Assembly (NCBI RefSeq): GCF_006345805.1
Contig: NC_042997.1
Location: 133,486,001-133,550,000 of the forward strand
From: Octopus sinensis
Taxonomy: Eukaryota
Length of the DNA stretch: 64,000 nt
Direction of reading: 5' to 3'
Part shown: piece after piece, positions 52,500 to 64,000 of the stretch
Layout: each line of letters opens with the position of its first letter
Numbering within the stretch: position 1 is the first letter of the stretch
Notes under the pieces: generated by a model
What the model saw: only the letters and a program-made list of their open reading frames with translations
What the model was told of the DNA's origin: nothing
The model's database searches: none
Translations under genes and position numbers: made by a program

Positions 52500-53210
52500 C
52501 TTTCATGTGGTGTGTCTTTGTTTTGCAGCACTTTTCTCCTATTCGTCGATTTCTGCGGTGGCTGAAACGAAAGAACAGCAGGCTTCCGTGAAACTCTGCT
52601 TTCTACTGGGGGAAAGGGCGACCGAAACAATTGCCATACTTCAAGCAGCTTACAATAACGCTGCTATGAGTACAACACAAGTTTACGGCTTTTATTCAGG
52701 CATTAGACCGTCGAGCTCCCGAACGAACGAAAACATCCTGAAAATTCACGAACTGATCTTGGAGGACTGTCACCGAACAATTGACAAATTTGTTGATATG
52801 ACTGGTGTGTTCTGGAGCTGCTGAAAACGGATTTTGAGCGAGGAATTGAGAATGAAGAGTTGTAGCAAAATTTGTGCCTCGCTTGCTCATAGAAGATCAA
52901 AAGCAGTCGGGATTGAATGCATGTTGTGAACTGAGAGAACAGCTGGATGTCGATCGGGACCGTTTTTCGAAAGTCATCACTGGTGACTAAAGTTGGTGCT
53001 ACGGAATTAGCAGATGTGAAAGAGGTGAAGAAAAGACAGCAGAGGCTTCACAGAAGTTCCAGTACTGCTTTGAACAGTGGAAAACGCGTCTGGGCCGAAG
53101 CAGTGCTTCAAATGGAGAATACTTTGATGGCGATAAAATTGTAAACATGTAAAACTAAGTGAATAAATAATACTGCAAAATTACGGTTTCTTTTGGGAAA
53201 ATTCTTGTTA
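52500..53210 (+). pseudogene. Mariner transposase remnant (N-terminal HTH to first catalytic D, internally deleted)
   Basis: EQQASVKLCFLLGERATETI..RPSSSRT..AKFVPRLL..KVITGD*SWCY. Confidence 0.82.
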
Positions 53211-53534
53211 TATACCAGCTTCTGTAATTTACTTCCCCAATAATAATCTGGTATCTAATCTCTAAGAAGAATTCAGTAAGGAAGAAGCCACAGGTATCCA
53301 GAGTCTTATCTGACGCTATATTACGTCAACTAATCATTTTTGAATCGCAAGAATCCATACAAGAAATACACATATTTTGAACTACCCGTAATATTAGCAG
53401 TAAGCGGATAACAGGTATAAGCTTCTTTTTGTTGCCTTGAAGACGGGTGTTCTGTTAATTCAGCTTTTCAAACGGTTACATCTTTCATCAATTCTACATA
53501 AGCACTATGTTACTTGCAAATATAAACATGAAGA

Positions 53535-54150
53535 TGTGTGGTGAGGTGCTTGCTTTCCAGCCACATGCTTTCTGGTTCGATCTCTGTCAGTGTCACATTG
53601 AGCAAGTGTCTTGTACGATAGCCTCGGGCCAACTAAAGCCTTGTGAGCGGATTTGGTAAACAGAAACTGAAAGTAGCCCATCGTAGGTATATACGGTATA
53701 TATATATAAGTATGTGTGTGCGCGCGTGATTTTTGTCTCTGTGTGTCCCCCACCACTTGGCAACCGGTACCGATGTGTTTACGACTCCGTAACCTGGCAG
53801 TTCAGCAAAAGAGCCCGATACAATGAGTAGGTGGTTTTTTTTCTTTTAAATTAAGTACTAGTGTCGATTCGTTCGACTAAAATTCTTCAAAGCGGTACCC
53901 CAGCATGGCCGCAGCCTAATGACTGATACAAATAAAACGTAAAAGATAAAGATATACATATTCTTTTATTTGCTTGTCATTTGACTGCGGCCATGCTGGA
54001 TCACCGCCTTTAGTCGAACAAATGGATCCCAGGACTTATTCATTATAAGCTTAGTACTTATTCAATCCATATCGAACCGCTAAGTTACGGGGACGTAAGC
54101 ACACCAACATCGGTTGTCAAGCGATGGTGGGGGGATAAACACAGACACAA
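53535..54150. mobile_element. Tail-to-tail family A SINEs (+ 53535-53950, - 53960-54150)
   Basis: Similarity to family A. Confidence 0.8.
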
Positions 54151-54261
54151 ATACATACATATATAATACATGTACATACATATATACACACATATATATA
54201 TATATATGCATATATATATACATATATATGTTATATATATAATAATATATATATATATATA

Positions 54262-54295
<34 letters not shown>

Positions 54296-54399
54296 ACATA
54301 TATAGATATATATACATGTATATATATACATAATATATATATATATACATACCATATATATATATACATGACTATATATATATACATATATATATATAC

Positions 54400-54464
<65 letters not shown>

Positions 54465-54501
54465 CATAATATATATAATATATATATATATTATATATAT
54501 A

Positions 54502-54775
54502 TACTTTATTTAAAGCAGCATAAAATTCAACAAAACTTGTTACTCTTAGTTTCCCGTTGCCGTTCATCGGACAGTTTTTGCTGTTACTCTGAGTTTCCGT
54601 TGCTGTTCATCGGACAGTTTTTGCTAGCAAAAACTGTCCGATGAACGGCAACGGGAAACTCAGAGTAACAGGTTTTGTTGAATTTTCTGCTGCTTTAAAT
54701 AATGCATATTACTCTACCACTGGTATTTGAGTACTCTTTTTTCCACCTTGTTTCACATTTATGTGTTTACTCCGG

Positions 54776-54776
<1 letters not shown>
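54502..54776. mobile_element. Palindromic element with three CCGAUGA-core hammerhead motifs
   Basis: Palindrome centred on GCTAGC (54623-54628); motifs at 54537-54574 (-), 54581-54617 (-), 54634-54671 (+); (TA)n flanks. Confidence 0.75.
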
Positions 54777-54806
<30 letters not shown>

Positions 54807-54974
54807 ACGGCAAATAAGAAAATGGAGAGGATACAAAAATGACATACATCAGCTGGTAGACATTCCAGTGTGTCTATTTATTCCAAAGCATTATAAAGTA
54901 TTAGAAGAATATATACACATGTAGTAATATTACAGAAAAGAGCAAAAGGTCAGCTTGTTAGGAAGTACAAAGTT

Positions 54975-55089
54975 CCTTACGGCCGTTTCTGCCAAGAGGC
55001 AACGAAATCGTCCATGCCATCTCCTTCTCCTCAGTAGGGATGGGCAGATAAATTTTGATGATGAATGTGCCTCTAGGCTTCTTCAGAGG
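54975..55089 (-). ncRNA. Type I hammerhead ribozyme with long stem II
   Basis: CCU CUGAAGA A GCCUAGAGGCA...UGCCUCUUGGC A GAA AC-GGCC-GU A^AGG. Confidence 0.75.
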
Positions 55090-56127
55090 GTCTAAGTTGT
55101 TGGGAGGGTTAATACATATAAGAAACAGTTAACAATACGTACAGTGTGTTTGTCTTTTTGAAAGGGCAGAAAAATAATAGGAGCAAACATGAGGATGTTA
55201 GTAAGGCACAACTTAGTAAAATTAGAATGCGTAGGCTAAGACTACGCGCCTTCATTGGTCAGTTAAAGTTTAGATAGTGTCACGTGACAACTTGCTGGAG
55301 CTGCCTGCTGGAGCCTAGCGGCCAGGTATTTAAAGAGAAGAAATTTGGCAAGTCAGTCAGTCGTCCGCTGACACTCATTGACGCTACATCGAAGAGGCCA
55401 GGGAACAGAAGAAAGAAGACATGCACACAACACCAGAGCTGAAGACACCTCCGAAAGGGGGTGGGCGCCATGTCAAAATGGTAGAGGAGTAGGGGCCGAA
55501 ACCGGACGTGGTTCCTCCTGATGATGTCTTGAGCTAACTGGATCCTATAAAGGAGCTGTTGTGGTAGCAGACCACGAAACACGGTTGTAATTCCTCATTT
55601 GGGTATACGAAGGGGAATAAGCTAGAGACTTCCCGTGATGTATTGCAAGATGCAGATTATTTCGCCCAATTGTGGATAGGTGGATATAGTCGTTCTCAGG
55701 AGGAGTTTTATCAGGAAGGGTGAATTTAAGCAGTAGTTCGCATTATGTTTACATAGAAATTCACATTATGTTTACATAGAAATACAGTGGTGGATTTGAA
55801 GGTATGGTCCGTGTTACGGAGGTGAAAGTTTATTTGTAAATTGCCATCGATGCAGAAGGTATGGCATAAGTAACCTATGATGGTGAACCCATATATGAGT
55901 ATTTGATATATCTGATATATGAGTGTACTAATGGGTGTAAGGAACCAGGTGGGACCAAAGTGCGGTGTTAGTGTTCGTTATTTTTTTCCAGATCAACAAG
56001 TCTAGGAATCCCTGCGTGTATGGGGTGGGGTCATGGTCAGTCCTATAACCTAAATGGTCAGCTACTTTTTTTTTTAATATATAGCTCCTGCACGCATTTT
56101 TTTCTCTCCTTGTTTCTTTTCTGTGTA

Positions 56128-56165
56128 TCTTTCTGTTGAAGAGCGTAGGCTCGAAACGTAAAAGA
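56128..56165 (+). ncRNA. Minimal hammerhead motif with CUGUUGA core (second copy)
   Basis: UCUUU CUGUUGA A GAGC-GUAG-GCUC GAA ACGU A^AAAGA; flanks match 33960-34150. Confidence 0.7.
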
Positions 56166-56272
56166 CTAGTTTTATTTCTATTCCTGAGCGCCATACTAAT
56201 ACAATTGTTTGTTTGTACTCCACCTGCCTTCGTCTTTTGTTTATTTTCGTAAACCCTCCCGTTATATATATA

Positions 56273-56339
<67 letters not shown>

Positions 56340-56508
56340 ATGTTTACATTATATATACGGCAAATAAGAAAATGGAGAGGATGCAAAAATGGCATACATC
56401 AGCTGGTAGACATTCTAGTATGTCTATTTATTCCAAAGTATTAGAAAGTATTAGAAGAATGCATACACATGTAATAACTATGTGTTACATACACATAGTT
56501 ACATACAT

Positions 56509-56810
56509 ATCACAGTGACCGACCACGCGATCAGATGTTGCTACATATCGCTGGCCACAATGCGCTTTGCATTGTCTTAGCCTTCAAATGACGCCACCCC
56601 GCTTGGCTAAGCGAGCAGGCCAACAGAAGAAAGAGTGAGAGAAAGTTGTGGCGAAAGAGCACAGCAGAGATCACCACCACCCCCTGCCGGAGCCGCGTAG
56701 AGCTTTAGGTGTTTTCGCTCAATAAGCACTCACAACGCCCGGTCTGGGAAACGAAACCGCGATCCTACGACCGCGTGACCGCTGCCCTAACCACTGGGCC
56801 ATTGCCCCTC

Positions 56811-56811
<1 letters not shown>
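56509..56811 (-). mobile_element. SINE family C, tail type 1
   Basis: Head and tail match 12342-12630. Confidence 0.85.
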
Positions 56812-56849
<38 letters not shown>

Positions 56850-56955
56850 TAATATAATAAAAGGCTCCAAAATAAAGAAGCTTAGTGCTAGAGACACAAA
56901 GAGGGATAAATTCATAGAGAGAGTGAAATTCAAAAACATTTACCATTAACGATAT

Positions 56956-57035
56956 ATCCTGGGCTGATCAGTTTCTACCTCTTTCTAGCAAAACAGACAG
57001 AATATGTTTGCCAAGGCAAGGTTCGTCAGCGGGAC
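56956..57035 (-). ncRNA. Hammerhead motif, cleavage triplet mutated
   Basis: GUCCCG CUGACGA ACCU..GGCAAA...UUUGCU..AGGU A GAA AC-UGAUCA-GC C CAGGAU. Confidence 0.6.
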
Positions 57036-57474
57036 GCCTTCCTAATTCTAGATGCACAGAGCGTTAGACCACATGTCGATCTAACAATTTGTATATCTTA
57101 ACTTTTCAAATCTCTGCGCAGACGCAAAATATACCCGGCGACATAGGGCATGCCGGTAAAAAATTTTACGAACAAATTTATCAAGTAATATGTGAACATA
57201 ATCAAAAAGGGTAATAACACAGGTTATTATTACCAGTGGCCTAGCACATATATATATGTATGTATGTGTGTGTGTATGTATGTATATGTATATGTATATT
57301 TTACATAATAATATATATATGTAGTACATATATCAATATATATGTATGTGTGTGTGTGTATGTATGTATAATATATATGTAATATGTATGTATAATATAT
57401 ATAATATATATGTGCATACCTACCTATATCTATATATCTACATCTGTATATCAGTATATATATGTGAGTGTGTT

Positions 57475-57507
<33 letters not shown>

Positions 57508-57909
57508 AGAACCGTATATAAATCTATATATCTATATATATATATATATATAACGTGCAAATATTTCTATGAAGACGTGTGGACTTGCTTTGGACGATAC
57601 ATACTATCATTTGGACTTATAATGTCTTCTGCCCGTGTATTGTGTTGACGAAAAAATAGAGCTTATTTTTTGCTTTTATCCAGAAGTTGTAACCAATTCA
57701 CAACTAACGTGAGTTCTTTTTAATTTTTTTCTCACCAGCCCGCTTTCAGCCACGTATATATTTAGCTGAAACTTTGGTAGTTTTTTTAAGGTATCAGCAC
57801 TTGAAGCATGCTGGAGACAGGTCGTTTTCGTCCTATTTCCCTTGATACAATTATAAGTATATATATATATATAGTGTTTGAATTGATGCACATATATTGT
57901 ACATTAAGA

Positions 57910-58047
57910 AGGAGGCAGTCTGAATTTTGGATAATTTCATATTAGCGCTTTCGTCCGTTCAATTGAAATCTCCAGATATATGAAGATTTCTATTGAACAG
58001 ATGAAAGGGCTAATAAAGAATTGCCCAAAATTCTGACTGCCTTTTCC
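57910..58047. repeat. Fold-back hairpin with HHR-like motif
   Basis: Arms of about 65 bp; minus 57939-57979 reads AUAU CUGGAGA U UUC-AAUU-GAA CGGAC GAA A-GCGC-U A^AUAU. Confidence 0.65.
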
Positions 58048-58231
58048 TTCTTCTTATATAATATATATATTTGGTTTGTGTGTGCGCGCAGTGTGTGTGT
58101 GTATGTGTATAAAGGTAACAAAGTCGCGTTAACAAAGGATGTGGGTTCGAGTCCTACGCGTTTAGGAAAGCGTTCTTTTCTTCTGTCGAGGGCTTATATG
58201 CCCCTTTATTAGACTATTTTCCTTAGTCATA

Positions 58232-58438
58232 GCATGATGGTCGCCATATGCTTTAAGCTTATATAAATACCATTATTATTATTTACAGGATTGCAAAACA
58301 GTCGCCGTATAACAAAACCATTCTCACCGAAAGCAAGTATGTATGTATACATGCTTGTTGTACGGCGACTGTTTTGCAATCCTGTAAATAATAATAATGG
58401 TATTTATATAAGCTTAAAGCATATGGCGACCATCATGC
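58232..58438. repeat. Near-perfect 84-bp inverted repeat
   Basis: 58232-58315 vs 58355-58438, one mismatch seen. Confidence 0.9.
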
Positions 58439-58582
58439 AATGTATATACATACATACATACATACATACATACATACATACATACATACATACATACATA
58501 CATACATACATACACACGTACGTACGTACGTACGTACATACATGCATGCATACATACATACATACATACATACATACATACA

Positions 58583-58613
<31 letters not shown>

Positions 58614-58714
58614 GTACGTACGTACGTGTGTATGTATGCATGCATATATGTATGCATGCATGCATGTATATATGCATGCATGTATGTATACATGTACGTA
58701 TGTATATGTGTGTG

Positions 58715-58930
58715 TGTCTGTGTTTGTCTGCCCCCACCATTGTGTGACAGCCGATGTGGCTGTGTTTACGTCCCCGTAACTTAGCGGTTCTGCAAAAGAG
58801 ACCAATAGAGTAAGAACTAGGCTTACAAAGAATAAGTCCTGGGACCGATTTGTTCAACTAAAGGCGGTGCTCCGGCATCGCCGCAGTTAAATGACTGAAA
58901 CAAGTAAATGAATAAAAGAATAAAAGAATA
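58715..58930 (+). mobile_element. SINE family A 3' half
   Basis: Family A tail; a head fragment lies at about 58135-58200. Confidence 0.8.
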
Positions 58931-59530
58931 TATATATATACATATATAATCAGTTTACAGGAAAGGGTTTTGACTATGCATATAAATCACCTATTCCATT
59001 ATGCCGGCCACAGTCTAATGACGCTGACTCGTGAACCAGTTTTTAGAGGTCACAACGAGCTGTACACCGATAAAATGTATAATAAATATAGTAATGATAA
59101 CAATATACTTGGGTGGAATTTATAAACATTTAATGCATCGCTACATGCGTGATTTGTGGGAACGCGCGTGAGCGATGCGTAAAATATTTTGTAAATTCTA
59201 TCAAAGGGTTATTGTTATGATTACTATATATGTATATATGTATATATTATATATATATATATATATATCTATATATATATATATATATATATCTTTAAAA
59301 AGGATATATTCAAATAACCACTGTGTACATGTTTCATTTATCAATAATGGAGTTTTTATGTCTCCATATAATAAAAATCCATAATCACTTCACCTCCATC
59401 ATCTTTCCACCAGTTGAAATGTCTGTAAAAGTTTTAAATATTTGACACCGTTTGATAATATATGTTGAAGAAGAATATGCCATACGATTAGCACAATAAA
59501 AAAAACTAATTGTTTAACTCTGTATGTGTG

Positions 59531-59638
<108 letters not shown>

Positions 59639-59869
59639 GTGTGTGTGTGTGTGTGTGTGTGGTGTGTGTGTGTATTGATAGAAATGGTAAGACAACAAAA
59701 GAATGAAAGAGACCTCGATATTATGTAAATAGAGGAATTTACCTGAAAATGTAATACATATACACATATATATGCATACATTTATATATGTGTGTATATG
59801 TATATATATATATATTTCGTTTTGGGATTTGGTTTGTAAAATTCTTTATGTGACTTCGTGCGTTGAAGC

Positions 59870-60106
59870 ATATACTATTGTGTCAGGGGGGAAGTCATTC
59901 TCTTAATGCCTTGTAATTTAACACACTCACCGATAAAAATCTCCACTTATTTCCTTCTATATTTTTTCTAAAATTAACGTTGCGTCTTGCAACCTTTCAA
60001 CGCAGCGAATTTTTTAGAAAAATAAAGAAAATAGTGGAAATTTTACGCGTGGGTGTGTTAAATGATAGGCACTAAAAAGAATGACTCTCCCCAGATACAA
60101 CAGTAT
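59870..60106. repeat. Diverged fold-back element in (TA)n
   Basis: Arms of about 110 bp (TATACTATTGTGTCAGGGG... / ...CCCCAGATACAACAGTATA); leader 59820-59870 resembles 14220-14270. Confidence 0.75.
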
Positions 60107-60661
60107 ATATATATATATATATAGATATTAATATATATATATATAATATATATATATAATGTATAGTCAGTTGAGGTGTGTTCCGTTAAGAACGTATTAG
60201 AGTACAAATAGAGCTCGTTCACCCTTAGAATTCCCATTAAAAAGCTGCCTAACCGATTTTACTCTTCCTTTTGACTCTTTAACTCTTTACTTCATGTATA
60301 TAAGTTGCGACTTGTCCTTGCCTTCGAAACGTGGAGTAGTTGAAACAAGGACAACTGAAGAAGGGGACTATTCTTTATGTTGTATGTCTTGTTTCTCTGT
60401 TTGTTTGTTTTTTTTTTCGTTATTCGAAAAAAGTTCGTTTCCATGTTTTTGTTTTTATGTTTCCGTTTCTCATTGTGCTCAACGTTTTTATGATGTCCTG
60501 TACCCATATATGCATGTATATATACATATATATGTAGTATTTACATTATATGTATGTATCTATGCATATAAATATATATTATATTATTATGTATATATAT
60601 ATATATATATAATATATATATATATATGTATGTATGTATGTATGTATATTATATATGTATG

Positions 60662-60693
<32 letters not shown>

Positions 60694-61477
60694 CATATAT
60701 ATATATAATATATGCATATATATATGTATGTATATATATATTTATGTATATATATGTGTATATATATATATATATTATATATATATACATATACACACAC
60801 ACACACACAAAGATATGTGTGTATCACTCAAGATAGAAACAAAAAGAGAAAGGGAGTTGGCTGTTGCTGCTGCTGCTGCTGCTACTAATGATGATGATGA
60901 TGATGATGATGATAATGACGACGACGCTGACGAGAAGGAGGAGGAGGAGCAATCAAACCAGGGAGCAAACAAGTAAACAAACAAACGAACTTTTTATTTG
61001 CTCTATGTAACGAAAGATTAATTTCATCTGGCAAAGAGTGCAAACTTGTTGAAATATTGTCTCAAGTGCTGTCAATAAGGTGTGTTGGTGAGTGCCAACT
61101 AATCAACGGATTTCTCGCTGACGAGCTGTGCAAACTTCTTACTTAAGATTCGATAGTGATAACAACACTGGGTATCATAATCAAATGGATAAAGGCAAAC
61201 AAATAGGTACGCCATTTTTGATAATCAGAGAACGTGCCTGTGTGAGTGTGTGGCAAGGTGGCGGCGTGTGTGTGTCTAGCTGCGTGCGTGATTGATATAT
61301 AGTATGTTGTTAGTTGTGAATATACCTACAGTGTACTTATATTTTCTTTTCTTTCTGCATGTCTCTCCTTCCACCCCCTCTGCTTAACTCTCTACCTCTC
61401 GAGCTCTCTATCCCCACTCTATCTGATTGTATGCTTGCCTGTTTGTTTCTCAGCCGCTTTCTTTCTCTCTTTCTCTC

Positions 61478-61527
<50 letters not shown>

Positions 61528-61597
61528 ACGCTGGGGTAGTTATTAAAGAAATTGATATTTTCTACGTAACTTAACAAGCATTGCATCAATATAATTA

Positions 61598-61850
<253 letters not shown>

Positions 61851-62167
61851 GATGTATGTGTATAAACGTCTGCATATAATATGCACGTTCATAATTACAT
61901 ATATATGAAAATATTTGTGCGAGCTTGCACGTATGTCGATGTACGTATGCATGTATATATGGTATACACATATGTATGTGTGAATATATTTCTAGTCTTG
62001 CTTTTCAAATTTCGGGCTAATAGAAAAGAACTGTTTCATAACGCCATAACAAAGCGTCTTTATACATCATCCAGGTAGTCTTACGCACATGCATGGATAT
62101 GCTTACATATGTAGATCTGTTAGCTTTCGCGTATGTATGTGTACATATATGTGTGTGTGTGTATGTG

Positions 62168-62236
<69 letters not shown>

Positions 62237-62251
62237 TGTGTGGTGTGTATC

Positions 62252-63382
62252 TAAGGTGGTATCAGAAAGTTTTCGGACTAGTTTTGTAGCGCCCAGACAG
62301 GTTGCGTGTGCTGTGAGAGCTAACTGTGACCTTCGTGAGGCAGTGTATCGAGTGATATCGCCTGTGTTTTCTTCGAATGCTGTGAAGTTTGTTTCTTTGT
62401 GATCACATGTATGCTGTTGTCTGTGATTTTGTCATGGACAGGAATAAAGAGGCAACCTGAAATTTTGCGTTAAACTTGGAAAAGTCTGCTACAGAGACAT
62501 TGAGTATGCTTTGACAAGCTCATGGCGCCTAGGCAATGTGTCGTCCGTAATGTTTCGAGTGGCACAAGTGCTTCAAAGGTGGAAGAACGTCTCTTGAAGA
62601 CGATAGCAATCTGGAAGACCTGCCACGAGCGCCACCTCCGGAAATGTGGTATTGTGCATCAAGAATTCGTCCTTCAGGACCATAGCGTTAATCATGAGTT
62701 CTACTGCGACGTTTTGAAGAGTTTGAGAGAGGAAATTCGGCGAAAGTGGCCGGATCTGTGGAAGCCGATGAACTGGATTATTTACGACAATAATGCACGT
62801 TGTCCCCGAGCTCTCATCAGTCGCGAGTTTCTCCCCCAAAAGAACATGGTATAGCTTCCACACCCTCTCTGCACCTGCAGACTTCCATCTCTTCCCCAGG
62901 ATGAAATGCAGCTCAAAGGTCACCGTTTTAATACCGTTGTCGAGATCCAGAACGAACGGCAGAAGGCCCTCGAATCGCTTAAGGAAAACGACTTCCAGGC
63001 CGGATTCCAAAAATAGCTGGAACGCTGGGATCTGTGTATTATTTTCTACTTCAGGCACAATGCCCGAAATTTGGGGGTAGGGGCAATTCGATTAAATCGA
63101 CTCAACTGGTACTTAATTTATCGACCCTGAAAGGATGAAAGGCAAAGTCGACCTCGGCAGAATTTGAACTCAGAACGTAAAAACAGACGAAAATACAGCT
63201 AAGCATTTTGCCCGGCGTGTTAACGTTTCTGCCAGCACGCCGCCTTGGCATGCTGGGACCTGTATATTGCTGCGCAAGGGGACTATTTCAAAGGAGATGA
63301 TGTTAAAATTACATAAATAGATTATTAATTTTTTTTTTTTTGTTACACATAACTAGTCTTGGAACTTTTTGACACCACCTAA
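62252..63382 (+). mobile_element. Mariner element with both TIRs, internally deleted, with a SINE B insertion at 63041-63246
   Basis: TIRs AGGTGGTATCAGAAAGTTTTCGGACTAGTT / AACTAGTCTTGGAACTTTTTGACACCACCT; GIVHQEFV..FYCDVLKSLREEIRRKWP..YDNNARCP, SAPADFHLFPRMK; SINE flanked by an imperfect 17-bp TSD GCTGGGA(T/C)CTGT(G/A)TATT. Confidence 0.88.
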
Positions 63383-63544
63383 TACCATATTGAGCCGGAT
63401 TTTCACTAAAGATTTTAGGTAACTTGTGTCTCTATGTTATATCATTAATTTGAGCCAATTTGTCCGATCATTGCTGAATTTTTTATTCTTTATTTTCATA
63501 TATAACATATGAACATTAACTGTGTATTCTTTATTCTAAAGCTT

Positions 63545-63800
63545 CGATAATGACAGGTGAAAGAATTGCAATTATAGCCATTTTACGATACTTGTGGAAA
63601 ATAGGCAGCAGCGAAAGAAATTAATGATGTGAAAGGCCCAGGAACTATCAACAAAAGTGTGCCAGTAAACTGGTTCAGACGTTTCGAGGAATGACACCAG
63701 CCTCGAAGACAAACTATGGTCAGCGAGACTTTCTGTTGTGGATAATGAGCCCTTGCTTGAACGGGTGGAACAACAGCCAAGCACAAGTAAAGAGGTTGAT
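63545..63800 (+). pseudogene. Mariner N-terminal fragment
   Basis: AAAKEINDVKGPGTINKSVPVNWFRRF..DTSLEDK. Confidence 0.65.
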
Positions 63801-63945
63801 AGTTGTTGACCGCAGAGCTGTACGGAAAGACTATAGCAACACAATTCCGAGATCTGTTCTTGATAATCTCATCAGCATGAGGCGTAGGAGTGGCTGTGTG
63901 GTAAGTAGCTTGCTTACCAACGACATGGTAATAGAAAGGATTGTT

Positions 63946-63976
<31 letters not shown>

Positions 63977-64000
63977 ATTATTGTTGTTATAATTGCTAAG

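Noticed and set aside
55280-55582. 100-aa minus-strand ORF between ribozymes
   Set aside because: No recognisable RT/endonuclease motif; GTG start.
61118-61135. CTGACGAGCTGTGCAAAC as a hammerhead
   Set aside because: Lacks the G of GAAA and has no stem I/III.

Overview
AT-rich, repeat-saturated animal genomic DNA with no supportable host protein-coding gene. It is probably intergenic or intronic. The tRNA-derived SINEs with internal (TA)n/(TG)n resemble the octopus OR/OK SINEs, so a coleoid cephalopod such as Octopus is inferred but not proven. Nearly all ORF-track calls are microsatellite or SINE artefacts. Recognisable content: three tRNA-derived SINE families, an RTE-tail SINE, decayed mariner transposases and MITEs, non-autonomous Helitrons, a Mutator-like element with a 9-bp TSD holding two RLE-retrotransposon fragments, and a decayed Penelope-like element (RT + GIY-YIG). 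The most striking signal is about a dozen minimal type-I hammerhead ribozyme (HHR) motifs from several unrelated short non-coding families, mostly embedded in (TA)n and often folded back as hairpins. The best case is a 404-nt tandem unit (3293-3998) bounded by two intact, identical HHRs, which is a retrozyme-like cassette. Two non-canonical cores (CCGAUGA and CUGUUGA) also recur. All structures were read by eye, none was computed, and boundaries are approximate unless a TSD or TIR is cited.
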